Part shown: in pieces, positions 18,663-27,166 of the stretch | Layout of the letters: the number at the start of each line of letters is the position of its first letter | Position numbering within the stretch: position 1 is the first letter of the stretch | Assembly: GCA_035548435.1 (NCBI GenBank) | Contig: DASZSY010000036.1 | Span: 1,262-65,261, forward strand | Source: Candidatus Nanoarchaeia archaeon | GTDB lineage: Archaea; Nanobdellota; Nanobdellia; Pacearchaeales; GW2011-AR1 | Direction of reading: 5' to 3' | Length of the DNA stretch: 64,000 bases | The notes under the pieces: generated by a model | What the model was told of the DNA's origin: nothing | Databases searched by the model: none | The model's input: the letters and a program-made list of their open reading frames with translations, nothing else | Translations under genes and position numbers: made by a program

Positions 18663-18767
18663 AAACTTTTCATAAAAATGTGAAAAAATATTGTATTTTT
18701 TCCTATAATCAAATATTTAAACTCTTATTATATTAATATTTCAACAAGGTGAAAGGAGGTTATACAA

Positions 18768-19847
18768 ATGGTACTAGATTTTGCAAAAGAAGCACTGAAA
18801 AACGTTGAGACACACAGTATCAACTTCGACGAGCTTAGAGCAGGAAAGGCTAACATCAAAGTATTTGGTTGCGGAGGATCGGGCTGTAACACAATTACAT
18901 GGCTTTTCAACAAAGGAATTAACGGCGCATCTATCTACGGAATAAACACTGACGCATTGCACTTGAGTATTACCAAAGCTGATGAGAAGATCCTCATAGG
19001 TAAGGAGCTTACAAGAGGGCTAGGTTGCGGTGGATATCCAACAAAGGGTAGAGAAGCTGCTAAGGAATCACTATCTGAGCTAAAGAGGGCTGCTACTGGT
19101 GCTGATATGGCTTTCGTACTTGCAGGAATGGGTGGAGGAACCGGAACTGGAGCTGCACCTGTTGTTGCACAACTTGCTAAGGAAAGCGGAGCAGTAGTCA
19201 TTGGTGTTGTTACAATGCCATTCGACTGCGAGAAAGCTAGACTTGACAAGGCTGAGTTCGGACTACAAGAGCTATCTGATGTTGTTGACACAGTTATTGT
19301 TATCGATAACAACAGACTAGTTGACATCGCTGGAAACTTGCCAATGGAGCAAGCATTCGCGGTAGCAAACGAGCTAGTTTCAACAATGATTAAAGGAATT
19401 GTAGAAACAATTACTTTGCCTTCATTGATTAACTTGGACTATGCTGACGTTAGCGCTATCATGAAGAACGGAGATGTTGCAGTTATTGGAGTTGGAGAAG
19501 CTGACACAACTGACAGAGTTGAATCTGCAGTTAAGCAAGCTTTGACACACCCATTACTGGATGTAGACTACAAGGGAGCTACAGGCGCATTGATTCACAT
19601 CACATGTGGACCAGACTTCAAGCTTGAGGAATTCTCAGGAGTTGGAGAGCTTGTAACTGAAAACATAAGCCAAGACGCACAAGTAATCATCGGAGCAAGA
19701 GTTAACAAGGACTTCGCAAACAAGGTAAGAGTTATTACTATCATGACTGGAGTTAAGTCTCCATACATTATGGGTAAGAAGTCTCACCAAGAAGAAGTTC
19801 AACACGCTCGCTCTGAGATGTCTGACTTAGGAATTCAGATCTTCTGA
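18768..19847 (+). CDS. ftsZ: cell division GTPase FtsZ (tubulin superfamily)
   Basis: GGGTGTGAAPVVA tubulin signature; strong ribosome-binding site AAAGGAGG 7 nt upstream. Confidence 0.9.
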   Translation: MVLDFAKEALKNVETHSINFDELRAGKANIKVFGCGGSGCNTITWLFNKGINGASIYGINTDALHLSITKADEKILIGKELTRGLGCGGYPTKGREAAKESLSELKRAATGADMAFVLAGMGGGTGTGAAPVVAQLAKESGAVVIGVVTMPFDCEKARLDKAEFGLQELSDVVDTVIVIDNNRLVDIAGNLPMEQAFAVANELVSTMIKGIVETITLPSLINLDYADVSAIMKNGDVAVIGVGEADTTDRVESAVKQALTHPLLDVDYKGATGALIHITCGPDFKLEEFSGVGELVTENISQDAQVIIGARVNKDFANKVRVITIMTGVKSPYIMGKKSHQEEVQHARSEMSDLGIQIF

Positions 19848-19861
19848 ATAAGCTAATTTGA

Positions 19862-19920
19862 GGCGTTAGCCTCTATTTTTGTTTTTTTTAAATTCAAGGG
19901 CCGCTCGAAAGGGCGGCCTT
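19862..19920 (+). terminator. two GC-rich hairpins with an oligo-T tract downstream of ftsZ
   Basis: GAGGC-GTTA-GCCTC followed by a T-run, then GGCCGC-tcgaaagg-GCGGCC; unusually GC-rich for this genome. Confidence 0.4.
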
Positions 19921-19965
19921 CATTCTCTTGGAATATTTTATTAACTGGTTGGTTTTGTTTATTTT

Positions 19966-20241
19966 ATGGAACATGTAAAGAAAGTTTTACCTGAATATTT
20001 TCAAAATATTTTAGAGGGAAAGAAAAATTATGAATTACGTCTTGCAGATTGGAAATGTAATGAAGGAGACGTTTTGTTGCTAAAAGAATGGGATTCAAAA
20101 TCAAAAAAATTTACTGGAAGAGAGATAAGAAAGAGAGTTACTTATGTAGGAAAAACTAAAGATATGTCTTTTTGGTCCAAAGAGGATGTAGAAAAGTATG
20201 GATACCAAATAATCTCTCTTGGAGATATCTCTAAGAAATAA
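19966..20241 (+). CDS. small ASCH/PUA-like (DUF3850-type) protein
   Basis: 91 aa; PEYFQNILEGKKNYELRL...GDVLLLKEWD...TGREI pattern as in DUF3850 family. Confidence 0.4.
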   Translation: MEHVKKVLPEYFQNILEGKKNYELRLADWKCNEGDVLLLKEWDSKSKKFTGREIRKRVTYVGKTKDMSFWSKEDVEKYGYQIISLGDISKK

Positions 20242-20247
20242 TTAAGA

Positions 20248-21423
20248 TTATCTAACAGAATTCTTTACTGCTTCTAAACCTGGAAGTGGCTTTCCGGCTA
20301 GGTAGGTTATTAGAGCTCCGCCTGAAGTTGAAATATGAGTGAATTTACCGTTGAGTTTAGCTCGTTTTATTGTGGTAGTTAGATGGCCTCCACCGATAAG
20401 GGTGTTTTTATCACCTTTTGAAATTGCTTTTAGAACTTGAATGGTTGCTTTCTCGAATTGTCTGTTTTCAGTGAAACCTATAGGTCCTTTCATGAAAACG
20501 CTCTTTTTGTCTTTGAGTTCTTTTTCTAGGAGCTTTATGGTTTCGTCTCCTAGGTCATATATTTTATAATTTAATGGAAATTCCCGAAGGGCAAAATTTT
20601 GTCTTTTTTTCTTTACATCACAGGCGAGATCAATTGGGAGAACTATATTATTTGGATATTTGTTGTATATTTCTTTGAGTTTAGGAACAAGCTGGGAGAA
20701 TCCATTTTCTGCAATCCACTTGTTTTCAAGTCCAAGGTCATGTCCTTTAGCTATGAGGAAAAGGTTTGCGAGGACTCCGCCGACAATTATTTTTCTATTT
20801 TCAGGAATATTTTCAAAAAGTTGTAAGTAATCAGGTATTTTCATTCCTGCAATTATGTAGCATGTTTTGTCTTGAATATTGAATTTACTAAGAATATTAA
20901 GTTCGGCTTCAAATGCAAGTCCAAGATAGGAAGGTATTATTTGAGGAGGAAGGGTTATACTTGCGGCATCTCTGTGTGATACAGAGAAAGCTTCATTAAT
21001 GAATAGGCTGAAATTTTTTGAAAAGTTTTTATATAAATTACCGGGGTTTTTTGTGTTTTTTTCATCATCATAATGACGAACGTTCTTTAGGAGTAAAACT
21101 TGGGAAGGTTTCATTTTGTTTATTTCTTCTTGCGCTTGTTCCTCAAACAATGAATCAACATACTTTACTTTCTGTTTTGTATATTTTGAAAGAATTTTTG
21201 CGTGTTCTTTAAGTTCTGTAAAATCACTGTCTCCTTGACGACCTTGATGAGCTATAATAACTATTTTAGATTTATTTTTTATAAGAAAATTAATTGTTTT
21301 TGAAGCTTCCTGGAATCTAGGGGAATCTTCCACTTTTCCTTTTGATACAGGAGAATTTAAGTCAAGACGAACAAGAACTTTTTTATTTTGCAGTTCTTTT
21401 TTTGAAAGTTTTGAAAGAAACAT
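20248..21423 (-). CDS. pgk: phosphoglycerate kinase
   Basis: N-terminal KKVLVRLDLNSPV and C-terminal GGGHLTT ... STSGGA PGK motifs. Confidence 0.9.
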   Translation of the reverse strand: MFLSKLSKKELQNKKVLVRLDLNSPVSKGKVEDSPRFQEASKTINFLIKNKSKIVIIAHQGRQGDSDFTELKEHAKILSKYTKQKVKYVDSLFEEQAQEEINKMKPSQVLLLKNVRHYDDEKNTKNPGNLYKNFSKNFSLFINEAFSVSHRDAASITLPPQIIPSYLGLAFEAELNILSKFNIQDKTCYIIAGMKIPDYLQLFENIPENRKIIVGGVLANLFLIAKGHDLGLENKWIAENGFSQLVPKLKEIYNKYPNNIVLPIDLACDVKKKRQNFALREFPLNYKIYDLGDETIKLLEKELKDKKSVFMKGPIGFTENRQFEKATIQVLKAISKGDKNTLIGGGHLTTTIKRAKLNGKFTHISTSGGALITYLAGKPLPGLEAVKNSVR

Positions 21424-21424
21424 T

Positions 21425-22411
21425 TTACACCAACATCTTTGCTACATCAACTAATCTGTTTGAATATCCCCACTCATTGTCATACCATCCTGCTATTGAA
21501 ACAAGATTTTCATTTACAAATGTTAAAGCAGAATCAAATGTACATGATGCAGGATTATAATGAATATCTGTGGAAACTAATTGTTCTTCAGTATATGCTA
21601 ATATCTTTTTGTATTCTTTTTGAGACATGCTCTTGAATAGGGAGTTTATTTCTTCTACAGTTGTTTTTCTGCCAAGTTCTGCAACAACGGTAGAGATTGA
21701 TCCATCCACTACAGGAACTCTAAGAGCATAACCTTGCAACTTTCCTTTCAAATCTGGAATTGCTTCAATAACTGACTGTGAAGCTCCAGAAGTTGAGGGA
21801 ATAATATTTTGACTTGCTGCTCTACCTCTGCGTAAATCTTTGTTATCTATTCCATCAATAAGTCTTTGAGTTGCAGTGTATGCGTGTGTTGTAACGAAAT
21901 GAGCTTTTTTTATTTTGAATTTATCATTTAGAATCTTAACCATTGGAGAAATACAGTTTGTTGTACAACTCCCGGCAGAAACTATTTTGTGTTCTTTCTT
22001 TAATTTTTCATCGTTTACTCCGTAAACTACTGTAATATCATGTCCTTTTGCAGGGGCAGAAATTAAAACTCTCTTTGCTCCAACATCTAGGTGTTTCTTA
22101 GCGTCTTCTCCCTTAGTATAGAATCCAGTGCAATCAACTACAAGGTCAATTTTCTCAGCTTTCCATGGCAATAATGCAGGATCTTTTATCGAATAAACTT
22201 TTATTTTCTTACCGTTTACAATTAAATGTTCTTTGTCTGTCTTAACATCAATTTTTTCGTAATGTATAGTATCATACTTTAGAAGGTAAGCTAAATTTTC
22301 TATGGAAGAAAGGTCATTTATTATAAAATTCCAGTTAACATTGTTCTTAAGGCAGGCAAGAAAGAACTTTTTACCTATTCTACCAAAGCCGTTTATTGCT
22401 ATATTCACCAT
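21425..22411 (-). CDS. gap: glyceraldehyde-3-phosphate dehydrogenase, class I (bacterial/eukaryotic type)
   Basis: INGFGRIGK N-terminus and SAGSCTTNCISP active-site signature (class I ASCTTNCLAP); directly abuts pgk. Confidence 0.9.
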   Translation of the reverse strand: MVNIAINGFGRIGKKFFLACLKNNVNWNFIINDLSSIENLAYLLKYDTIHYEKIDVKTDKEHLIVNGKKIKVYSIKDPALLPWKAEKIDLVVDCTGFYTKGEDAKKHLDVGAKRVLISAPAKGHDITVVYGVNDEKLKKEHKIVSAGSCTTNCISPMVKILNDKFKIKKAHFVTTHAYTATQRLIDGIDNKDLRRGRAASQNIIPSTSGASQSVIEAIPDLKGKLQGYALRVPVVDGSISTVVAELGRKTTVEEINSLFKSMSQKEYKKILAYTEEQLVSTDIHYNPASCTFDSALTFVNENLVSIAGWYDNEWGYSNRLVDVAKMLV

Positions 22412-22497
22412 CTTTAATCTTAAAGGAATAGGGGTTATTTAAATTCTATTCTCAGCTAAGGAGATAGCTTTTTATAAACAGGTTTCTTTAAAGTTGT

Positions 22498-23490
22498 ATG
22501 AATATAGCTTTTTTTGAGCTAAATGAAGAAGAGGGTAATGCATTCAAGAAAGAACTTAAGGGCAATCAGGTATCTTTCTTTAACGAACTTCTTACAAATG
22601 AGAATGTAACCAAGGCAAAGGACTGTGAAATTTTATCTGTCTTTATTGCTTCAAAGGTAAGCAGAGAAGTTTTAGACAACTTGCCTAATCTTAAACTTGT
22701 AGTTACAAGATCTACAGGATTTGATCATATAGACCTAGAGGAATGTAAAAAAAGAAAGATAAGAGTTTGCAATGTTCCAACCTATGGAGAAAACAGTGTA
22801 GCTGAGCATGCATTTGCATTACTTCTTTCCATATCAAGAAATGTACACAAGGCATATCTTAGATGTTTAACTGACGATTATGATATTCATGGACTGAAGG
22901 GATGGGATTTGCAGGACAAAACTATTGGGGTTTTGGGAACAGGACATATTGGACAGCATGTTATAAGAATGGCTAAAGGATTTGGAATGAACGTAATTGC
23001 ATATGATTTGTTTCAAAATAAACCCTTACAAAAGAAACTAGGTTTCAAATACGCTAAACTTGATGAAGTAATAAAAAAGAGCGATGTTATTACCTTGCAC
23101 TTACCATACAACAAGGGAACGCACCATATCATAGATGAAAAAATGATTTCTAAGATGAAAGATGGAGTTATAATAATAAACACTGCACGTGGAGGATTAA
23201 TTGACACTCACGCGCTTCTCAAAGCAATTGAAAATAAGAAGATTGGGGGAGCAGGACTAGATGTTATTGAATGCGAGGAAATAATTCATGAAGACAAGTC
23301 ACATTTGCCTAAGAATAGAATGGAAATGAAGAAAAGAATTGATGAATATAGACTTTTGAAGAATGAAAATGTTGTTTTCACTCCACATATTGCTTTCTTT
23401 AGTCAGGAAGCACTTGGAAGGATACATGACACTTCTCTTGAAAATATTCAAATGTTTCTAAAGAAGAAATTGCAAAACTCTGTAGTTTAA
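22498..23490 (+). CDS. D-isomer-specific 2-hydroxyacid dehydrogenase (D-lactate dehydrogenase-like)
   Basis: GVLGTGHIGQHV NAD-binding fold, catalytic R/E/H arrangement typical of the family. Confidence 0.8.
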   Translation: MNIAFFELNEEEGNAFKKELKGNQVSFFNELLTNENVTKAKDCEILSVFIASKVSREVLDNLPNLKLVVTRSTGFDHIDLEECKKRKIRVCNVPTYGENSVAEHAFALLLSISRNVHKAYLRCLTDDYDIHGLKGWDLQDKTIGVLGTGHIGQHVIRMAKGFGMNVIAYDLFQNKPLQKKLGFKYAKLDEVIKKSDVITLHLPYNKGTHHIIDEKMISKMKDGVIIINTARGGLIDTHALLKAIENKKIGGAGLDVIECEEIIHEDKSHLPKNRMEMKKRIDEYRLLKNENVVFTPHIAFFSQEALGRIHDTSLENIQMFLKKKLQNSVV

Positions 23491-23491
23491 T

Positions 23492-24070
23492 TTATCTATT
23501 TTCAGAATGATAAGTTAATTCGTGTTCTTCTGTTGCTGTAGGTCTTCTTTCCCCTTCAAATGTTTCCCATTTCACTGATGGAGTTAAAGATAATTTTCTT
23601 TTCTTTTTTTGTTTTAAAGCAGGATAACCTACGGGGATAATTGCTTCCACTTGCATATGTCCCGGGATTTTTAGAATGTGTCTTATCATTTCATCCGTAT
23701 AGGCTCCAACCCAGCATCCTGAAAGACCTTGATCAACAAGTTTAAACAAAATAGTATTTATTGCTGCTCCAGCTTGTTGGCGAGAGTAAACTCTTCCTCT
23801 ATCTCCATACATATCTTCTTGAATTGTATCGTCAGAGCAAACAACTATTGTTAGCTTTGAAGTTGCAATCCAGTTTTGTTGTGCGTGTTTTGCAAGTTGC
23901 TTTATCGTGTCTGGATGTTCTACAATTATGAATTTCAAATTATTCTTGTTTCCTGCAAATGGGCCTTGAAGAGCAGCATCTATTGCAAGCATAGCAGCTT
24001 TCCAGCTTGGTTTTTTAGAAGTGAACTCAGTTACAGAGGTTCTTTTTTCTACTATCTTGTCAAAGTCCAT
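23492..24070 (-). CDS. nitroreductase-family protein
   Basis: Nitroreductase fold pattern; start moved to an internal ATG (MDFDK) to remove overlap with the upstream GNAT gene. Confidence 0.65.
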   Translation of the reverse strand: MDFDKIVEKRTSVTEFTSKKPSWKAAMLAIDAALQGPFAGNKNNLKFIIVEHPDTIKQLAKHAQQNWIATSKLTIVVCSDDTIQEDMYGDRGRVYSRQQAGAAINTILFKLVDQGLSGCWVGAYTDEMIRHILKIPGHMQVEAIIPVGYPALKQKKKRKLSLTPSVKWETFEGERRPTATEEHELTYHSENR

Positions 24071-24107
24071 GGTATATTCTGACTTACTATATATAAAAAG
24101 ATGTTGA

Positions 24108-24656
24108 TTAGAGGTCTGAAACTGGGGAAGATAGGCCATATACTTTAAGATGTAATGCATTTCTTAGCTTATAGTAATCTTTTTCAGCTATTTCAGAAGG
24201 AGAAGTCATAAGATTCATTCTTACTGGAGATTTTCCATTGCCGTATGAAGGTTGAACATAACTATATTTGTTTAGTTGGAATCCTAATCTTTTATAAAAA
24301 TTAATTCTTCTCTTCGCTATATGGCTTGTTTCAGGTCTTTCGACTTCGACTAATATCTTTTTGTTTTTCTTTAAAAGCATTTTTACTACTTTTGTTCCAA
24401 GTCCTTGATTTCTAAGATCTTGTCTTATGGCAAAATGTTCAAAAAATTGATAACCTGATAATTCCCAAAGAGCAATAAAACCTACACATTCTTTATCTTC
24501 TATAATTGCATAAAAAGAGTAATCTTTATTTTTTAATAATTCAACTTGTTTGTCTTTTGTTCTTCTTTCATCTGAAGGAAAAGCTTCTTCATATATATTC
24601 CAAACGAGGCTGAAATTCGAGTCTTTCTCGTCGTTTATTTTCTTTATATCAATCAT
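24108..24656 (-). CDS. GNAT family N-acetyltransferase
   Basis: RQDLRNQGLGTKVV acetyl-CoA binding motif A. Confidence 0.7.
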   Translation of the reverse strand: MIDIKKINDEKDSNFSLVWNIYEEAFPSDERRTKDKQVELLKNKDYSFYAIIEDKECVGFIALWELSGYQFFEHFAIRQDLRNQGLGTKVVKMLLKKNKKILVEVERPETSHIAKRRINFYKRLGFQLNKYSYVQPSYGNGKSPVRMNLMTSPSEIAEKDYYKLRNALHLKVYGLSSPVSDL

Positions 24657-25747
24657 AGTTTAATTTCTCCACCTGCAATAAGAGTTTTCTGCCTATATAG
24701 AACAATGCTTTGGCCCTGCGCTATTGCTTCTTGAGGTTTTGAAAATGTGAAAGTCCAAAGATTGTTTTTCTTTTTTAGAGTACCTTGAATTATGGGGCCT
24801 AAATGTCTGTATCTTGCACCATATTTTCCTTGCTTAATCTTGTCTTTTGATGGAGAATACAGCTTAGGTATTTTTATTTCTCTTATTTTAAGTAAATCAT
24901 TATTTTCTGGAGCTACTTGGATAACATTTTTAGGTAATTTCTTTGCAACGTAATATCTTAGTTGAGAGTTTTCCTTTGGTTTGTTTATTTTAATTCCTAT
25001 GTTTTCAGCTGCTTTTTGCCCTATAGTATAAAAACTAGAACCTTCATGTGTTCCTAGAAGGTTTCCTTTTTCATCTATTACTTTACCTTGTTTTTTCTTT
25101 ATATGCCGCTTTAGATATGATTGCAATGGAACATTTCCTATGAAACATACTCCTGCAGATCCATGTTTGTCCCAGTTGGGAAATCTTTTTTCTTCAGCGA
25201 TTTTCCTTACTTTTTCTTTTGTTAATTTTCCAAGTGGAAATATGGCTATAGAAAGTTCTTTTTCAGTTAATTTGTAAAGAAAATATGATTGATCTTTTGT
25301 TTTATCTTTTCCTTGCTGTAGGTAGAATTTTTTGCCTATTTTTTTAACATTGGCATAGTGTCCTGTAGAAATAAAATCTGCACTAAATTGCTTTTTTGCT
25401 TTTAGAAGAGCAGGGAATTTTGTTTCATTATTGCACTCAATGTCAGGATTAGGGGTTTTATTTGCAGCATAGTCTGAAATCATTGGCTTAATTACTTTAT
25501 TTTTGTACTCTGATTCATAGTCGAGAACATGAAGTTCTATGTTTAACATATTTGCTATTGTTCTTGCTGTTCTTAGTTCGTCTTGCCACCAACATTCTCC
25601 TGTGAACTTGTTCTTCGTGTCTGAGAAATTTTTCATGAAAACTCCAATTACTTTGTATCCTTGCTTTTGAAGTAGCAATGCAGCAACACTGCTATCTACT
25701 CCGCCAGACATACCCAAAATTACTGTTTTTTGAAGATTCATATTCAA
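24653..25747 (-). CDS. mnmA: tRNA-specific 2-thiouridylase MnmA (bacterial-type)
   Basis: ILGMSGGVDSSVAA PP-loop and overall MnmA/TrmU pattern; overlaps the downstream GNAT gene by 4 nt. Confidence 0.85.
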   Translation of the reverse strand: MNMNLQKTVILGMSGGVDSSVAALLLQKQGYKVIGVFMKNFSDTKNKFTGECWWQDELRTARTIANMLNIELHVLDYESEYKNKVIKPMISDYAANKTPNPDIECNNETKFPALLKAKKQFSADFISTGHYANVKKIGKKFYLQQGKDKTKDQSYFLYKLTEKELSIAIFPLGKLTKEKVRKIAEEKRFPNWDKHGSAGVCFIGNVPLQSYLKRHIKKKQGKVIDEKGNLLGTHEGSSFYTIGQKAAENIGIKINKPKENSQLRYYVAKKLPKNVIQVAPENNDLLKIREIKIPKLYSPSKDKIKQGKYGARYRHLGPIIQGTLKKKNNLWTFTFSKPQEAIAQGQSIVLYRQKTLIAGGEIKL

Positions 25748-25781
25748 GGAAGTACTAGTGAGTATAAAAATATAGAGAAAA

Positions 25782-25854
25782 CGTCCCCTGGAAGACTCGA
25801 ACTTCCGACCCCATGATTAACAGTCATGTGCTCTACCGGCTGAGCTAAGGGGAC
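25782..25854 (-). tRNA. tRNA-Asn (anticodon GTT)
   Basis: Reverse complement folds: acceptor GUCCCCU/AGGGGAC, anticodon stem CAUGA/UCAUG with loop CUGUUAA, T-stem GGAAG/CUUCC. Confidence 0.8.
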
Positions 25855-25875
25855 ATACTAAAGGCAAATAAAATT

Positions 25876-25943
25876 GTTATTTAAAAGTTCCTGTTTGGAA
25901 CTTTTAAGCCACAAAAATCTTTGATTTTTGATGTTTAAAGCTT
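25876..25943 (-). promoter_or_regulatory. conserved ~70-nt element, copy 1 (perfect palindrome AAAAGTTCC-N5-GGAACTTTT), carrying the TATA box TTTTAAATA about 25 nt upstream of tRNA-Asn
   Basis: Near-identical to 48396-48472; on the minus strand reads GGCTTAAAAGTTCC...GGAACTTTTAAATAAC. Confidence 0.5.
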
Positions 25944-25959
25944 ATTATCTAAAGAAATA

Positions 25960-26256
25960 TTACTTAAATTTGGTCATTTGCTCAGCATCTGAGAATGGGA
26001 ATGGTCTTATATTTGATACAAATGTTATATATCTTACAAACTTGTAAGCTTCAGTGTTCCACCATTCACAAAGTTCTGCCATTCCTTTATGTCTCTTATT
26101 CTTTATTAGAACGTAAATAAAGTTGGCAACTATTAAAACACGAACAAGAAGATTCCAAACCCCAAGAATTATACCTGAAACTATTGCAACTAGAATTCTG
26201 AAAAGCAATTCTTTTCTTTCACTAAATTTTTCCATAGATATATTTAATTTTTCCAT
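25960..26256 (-). CDS. small membrane protein (2 transmembrane helices)
   Basis: Hydrophobic helices ILVAIVSGIILGVWNLLV and VLIVANFIYVLI; two candidate ATG starts. Confidence 0.4.
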   Translation of the reverse strand: MEKLNISMEKFSERKELLFRILVAIVSGIILGVWNLLVRVLIVANFIYVLIKNKRHKGMAELCEWWNTEAYKFVRYITFVSNIRPFPFSDAEQMTKFK

Positions 26257-26458
26257 TATATAAACTTGTTCCTTTAATATAATTTATAAAAAATAATTTT
26301 TTTTCGAAATTTTTTTAGAAAAAACCGGATTTTTGTAATTTTCACAATTTTTTCTTGTCGTCGATAAAAATATTTTTAATTTTTTAATTTTCTGAAAAAA
26401 TTAATTTTTTTGGTAAAACTATATAAAGAAAAGATGTTTTAATAATAAAAGGAGAAAA

Positions 26459-26530
26459 ATGCCAGCAAAGAAAAAAGCATCTAGAAGAACTTCTGCAAAG
26501 AAATCTTCTAAGAAGAAAAAGAAAAGATAA
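26459..26530 (+). CDS. 23-aa ultra-basic mini-protein MPAKKKASRRTSAKKSSKKKKKR
   Basis: Ribosome-binding site AAAAGGAG 6 nt upstream of the ATG; followed by a T-rich terminator region; too short for the ORF track. Confidence 0.3.
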   Translation: MPAKKKASRRTSAKKSSKKKKKR

Positions 26531-26582
26531 TTTATTCTTTTCATATTAAAAATAAATATTTTATTTTTTTATTTTCTATTTT

Positions 26583-27146
26583 TTAATCTTCTTCTGCTTC
26601 AGAATCTATGTCTTCAGCTTGTTGTTTCTTTTTATCAGACTTTATTCCTAAATCTCCACGATATTTCTTTTTCTCAGCGTTCATTCTCTCTAAAAATCTG
26701 TAAACATTGGCTTGTTTTGACCCTTTTATTAGGTTAGTTACTGCTTCAGTTGCTTTTTCTATGCTTTCTGCATGACAAATTATTCCTACTGCGCTTTCTC
26801 CAACTAATATTTCAGCATCTGCAGTTTCTTCAATTGTATTTCTTGTTCTTCCATGAGTTCCTATAAGTCTTCCTCTTACCTCATCCATATCTTTTCTTCT
26901 TGTATAGTCTTTAAGGTTGATTTTTCTAAATATTACATCTGGATCCGTTAAAAGAAGAGCCTTATTCACAGAGAAACCGAATTGTATGGCCTCAAAAATT
27001 ACTGAAGCTTCATATTCGTTCATTCCATCTGATGAATCAATTGTAACTTGTTTACCTTTTATGACTACTTTTACTTTTAACTTTCTTTCAAGTTCTTCAA
27101 TATTTGCCTTGACGTCAGATATCTTATCTATGTAGAATGTTTGCAT
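26583..27146 (-). CDS. KH-domain RNA-binding protein (aDim2/Pno1-like), with an acidic C-terminal tail
   Basis: Two KH-like segments (GKQVTIDS; IGTHGRTRNTIEE with a GxxG-like loop); lies in a cluster with aIF2-beta. Confidence 0.6.
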   Translation of the reverse strand: MQTFYIDKISDVKANIEELERKLKVKVVIKGKQVTIDSSDGMNEYEASVIFEAIQFGFSVNKALLLTDPDVIFRKINLKDYTRRKDMDEVRGRLIGTHGRTRNTIEETADAEILVGESAVGIICHAESIEKATEAVTNLIKGSKQANVYRFLERMNAEKKKYRGDLGIKSDKKKQQAEDIDSEAEED

Positions 27147-27166
27147 GTTATTTGTAGTACTCCAAA

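Noticed and set aside
21425-22411. Contig being bacterial because of class I GAPDH, MnmA, GatCAB
   Set aside because: Outweighed by MCM, aRF1 (NIKS/GGQ), aIF2-beta, TFS, Sec61-beta, NAC, L15e, archaeal ProRS, GatDE, the tRNA bulge-helix-bulge intron and TATA-box promoters.
25876-25943. Conserved element as a box C/D or H/ACA sRNA gene
   Set aside because: No RUGAUGA C-box and CUGA D-box pair at the ends, and no ACA motif in the right geometry. The TATA-box placement relative to downstream genes fits a promoter module better.
26281-26458. AT-rich homopolymer region as replication origin
   Set aside because: No orc1/cdc6 gene adjacent, no recognisable ORB/mini-ORB (TCCA-N-TGGA dyads) flanking an unwinding element, and mcm at 28578 is not a reliable origin marker. 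Kept only as a low-confidence observation.
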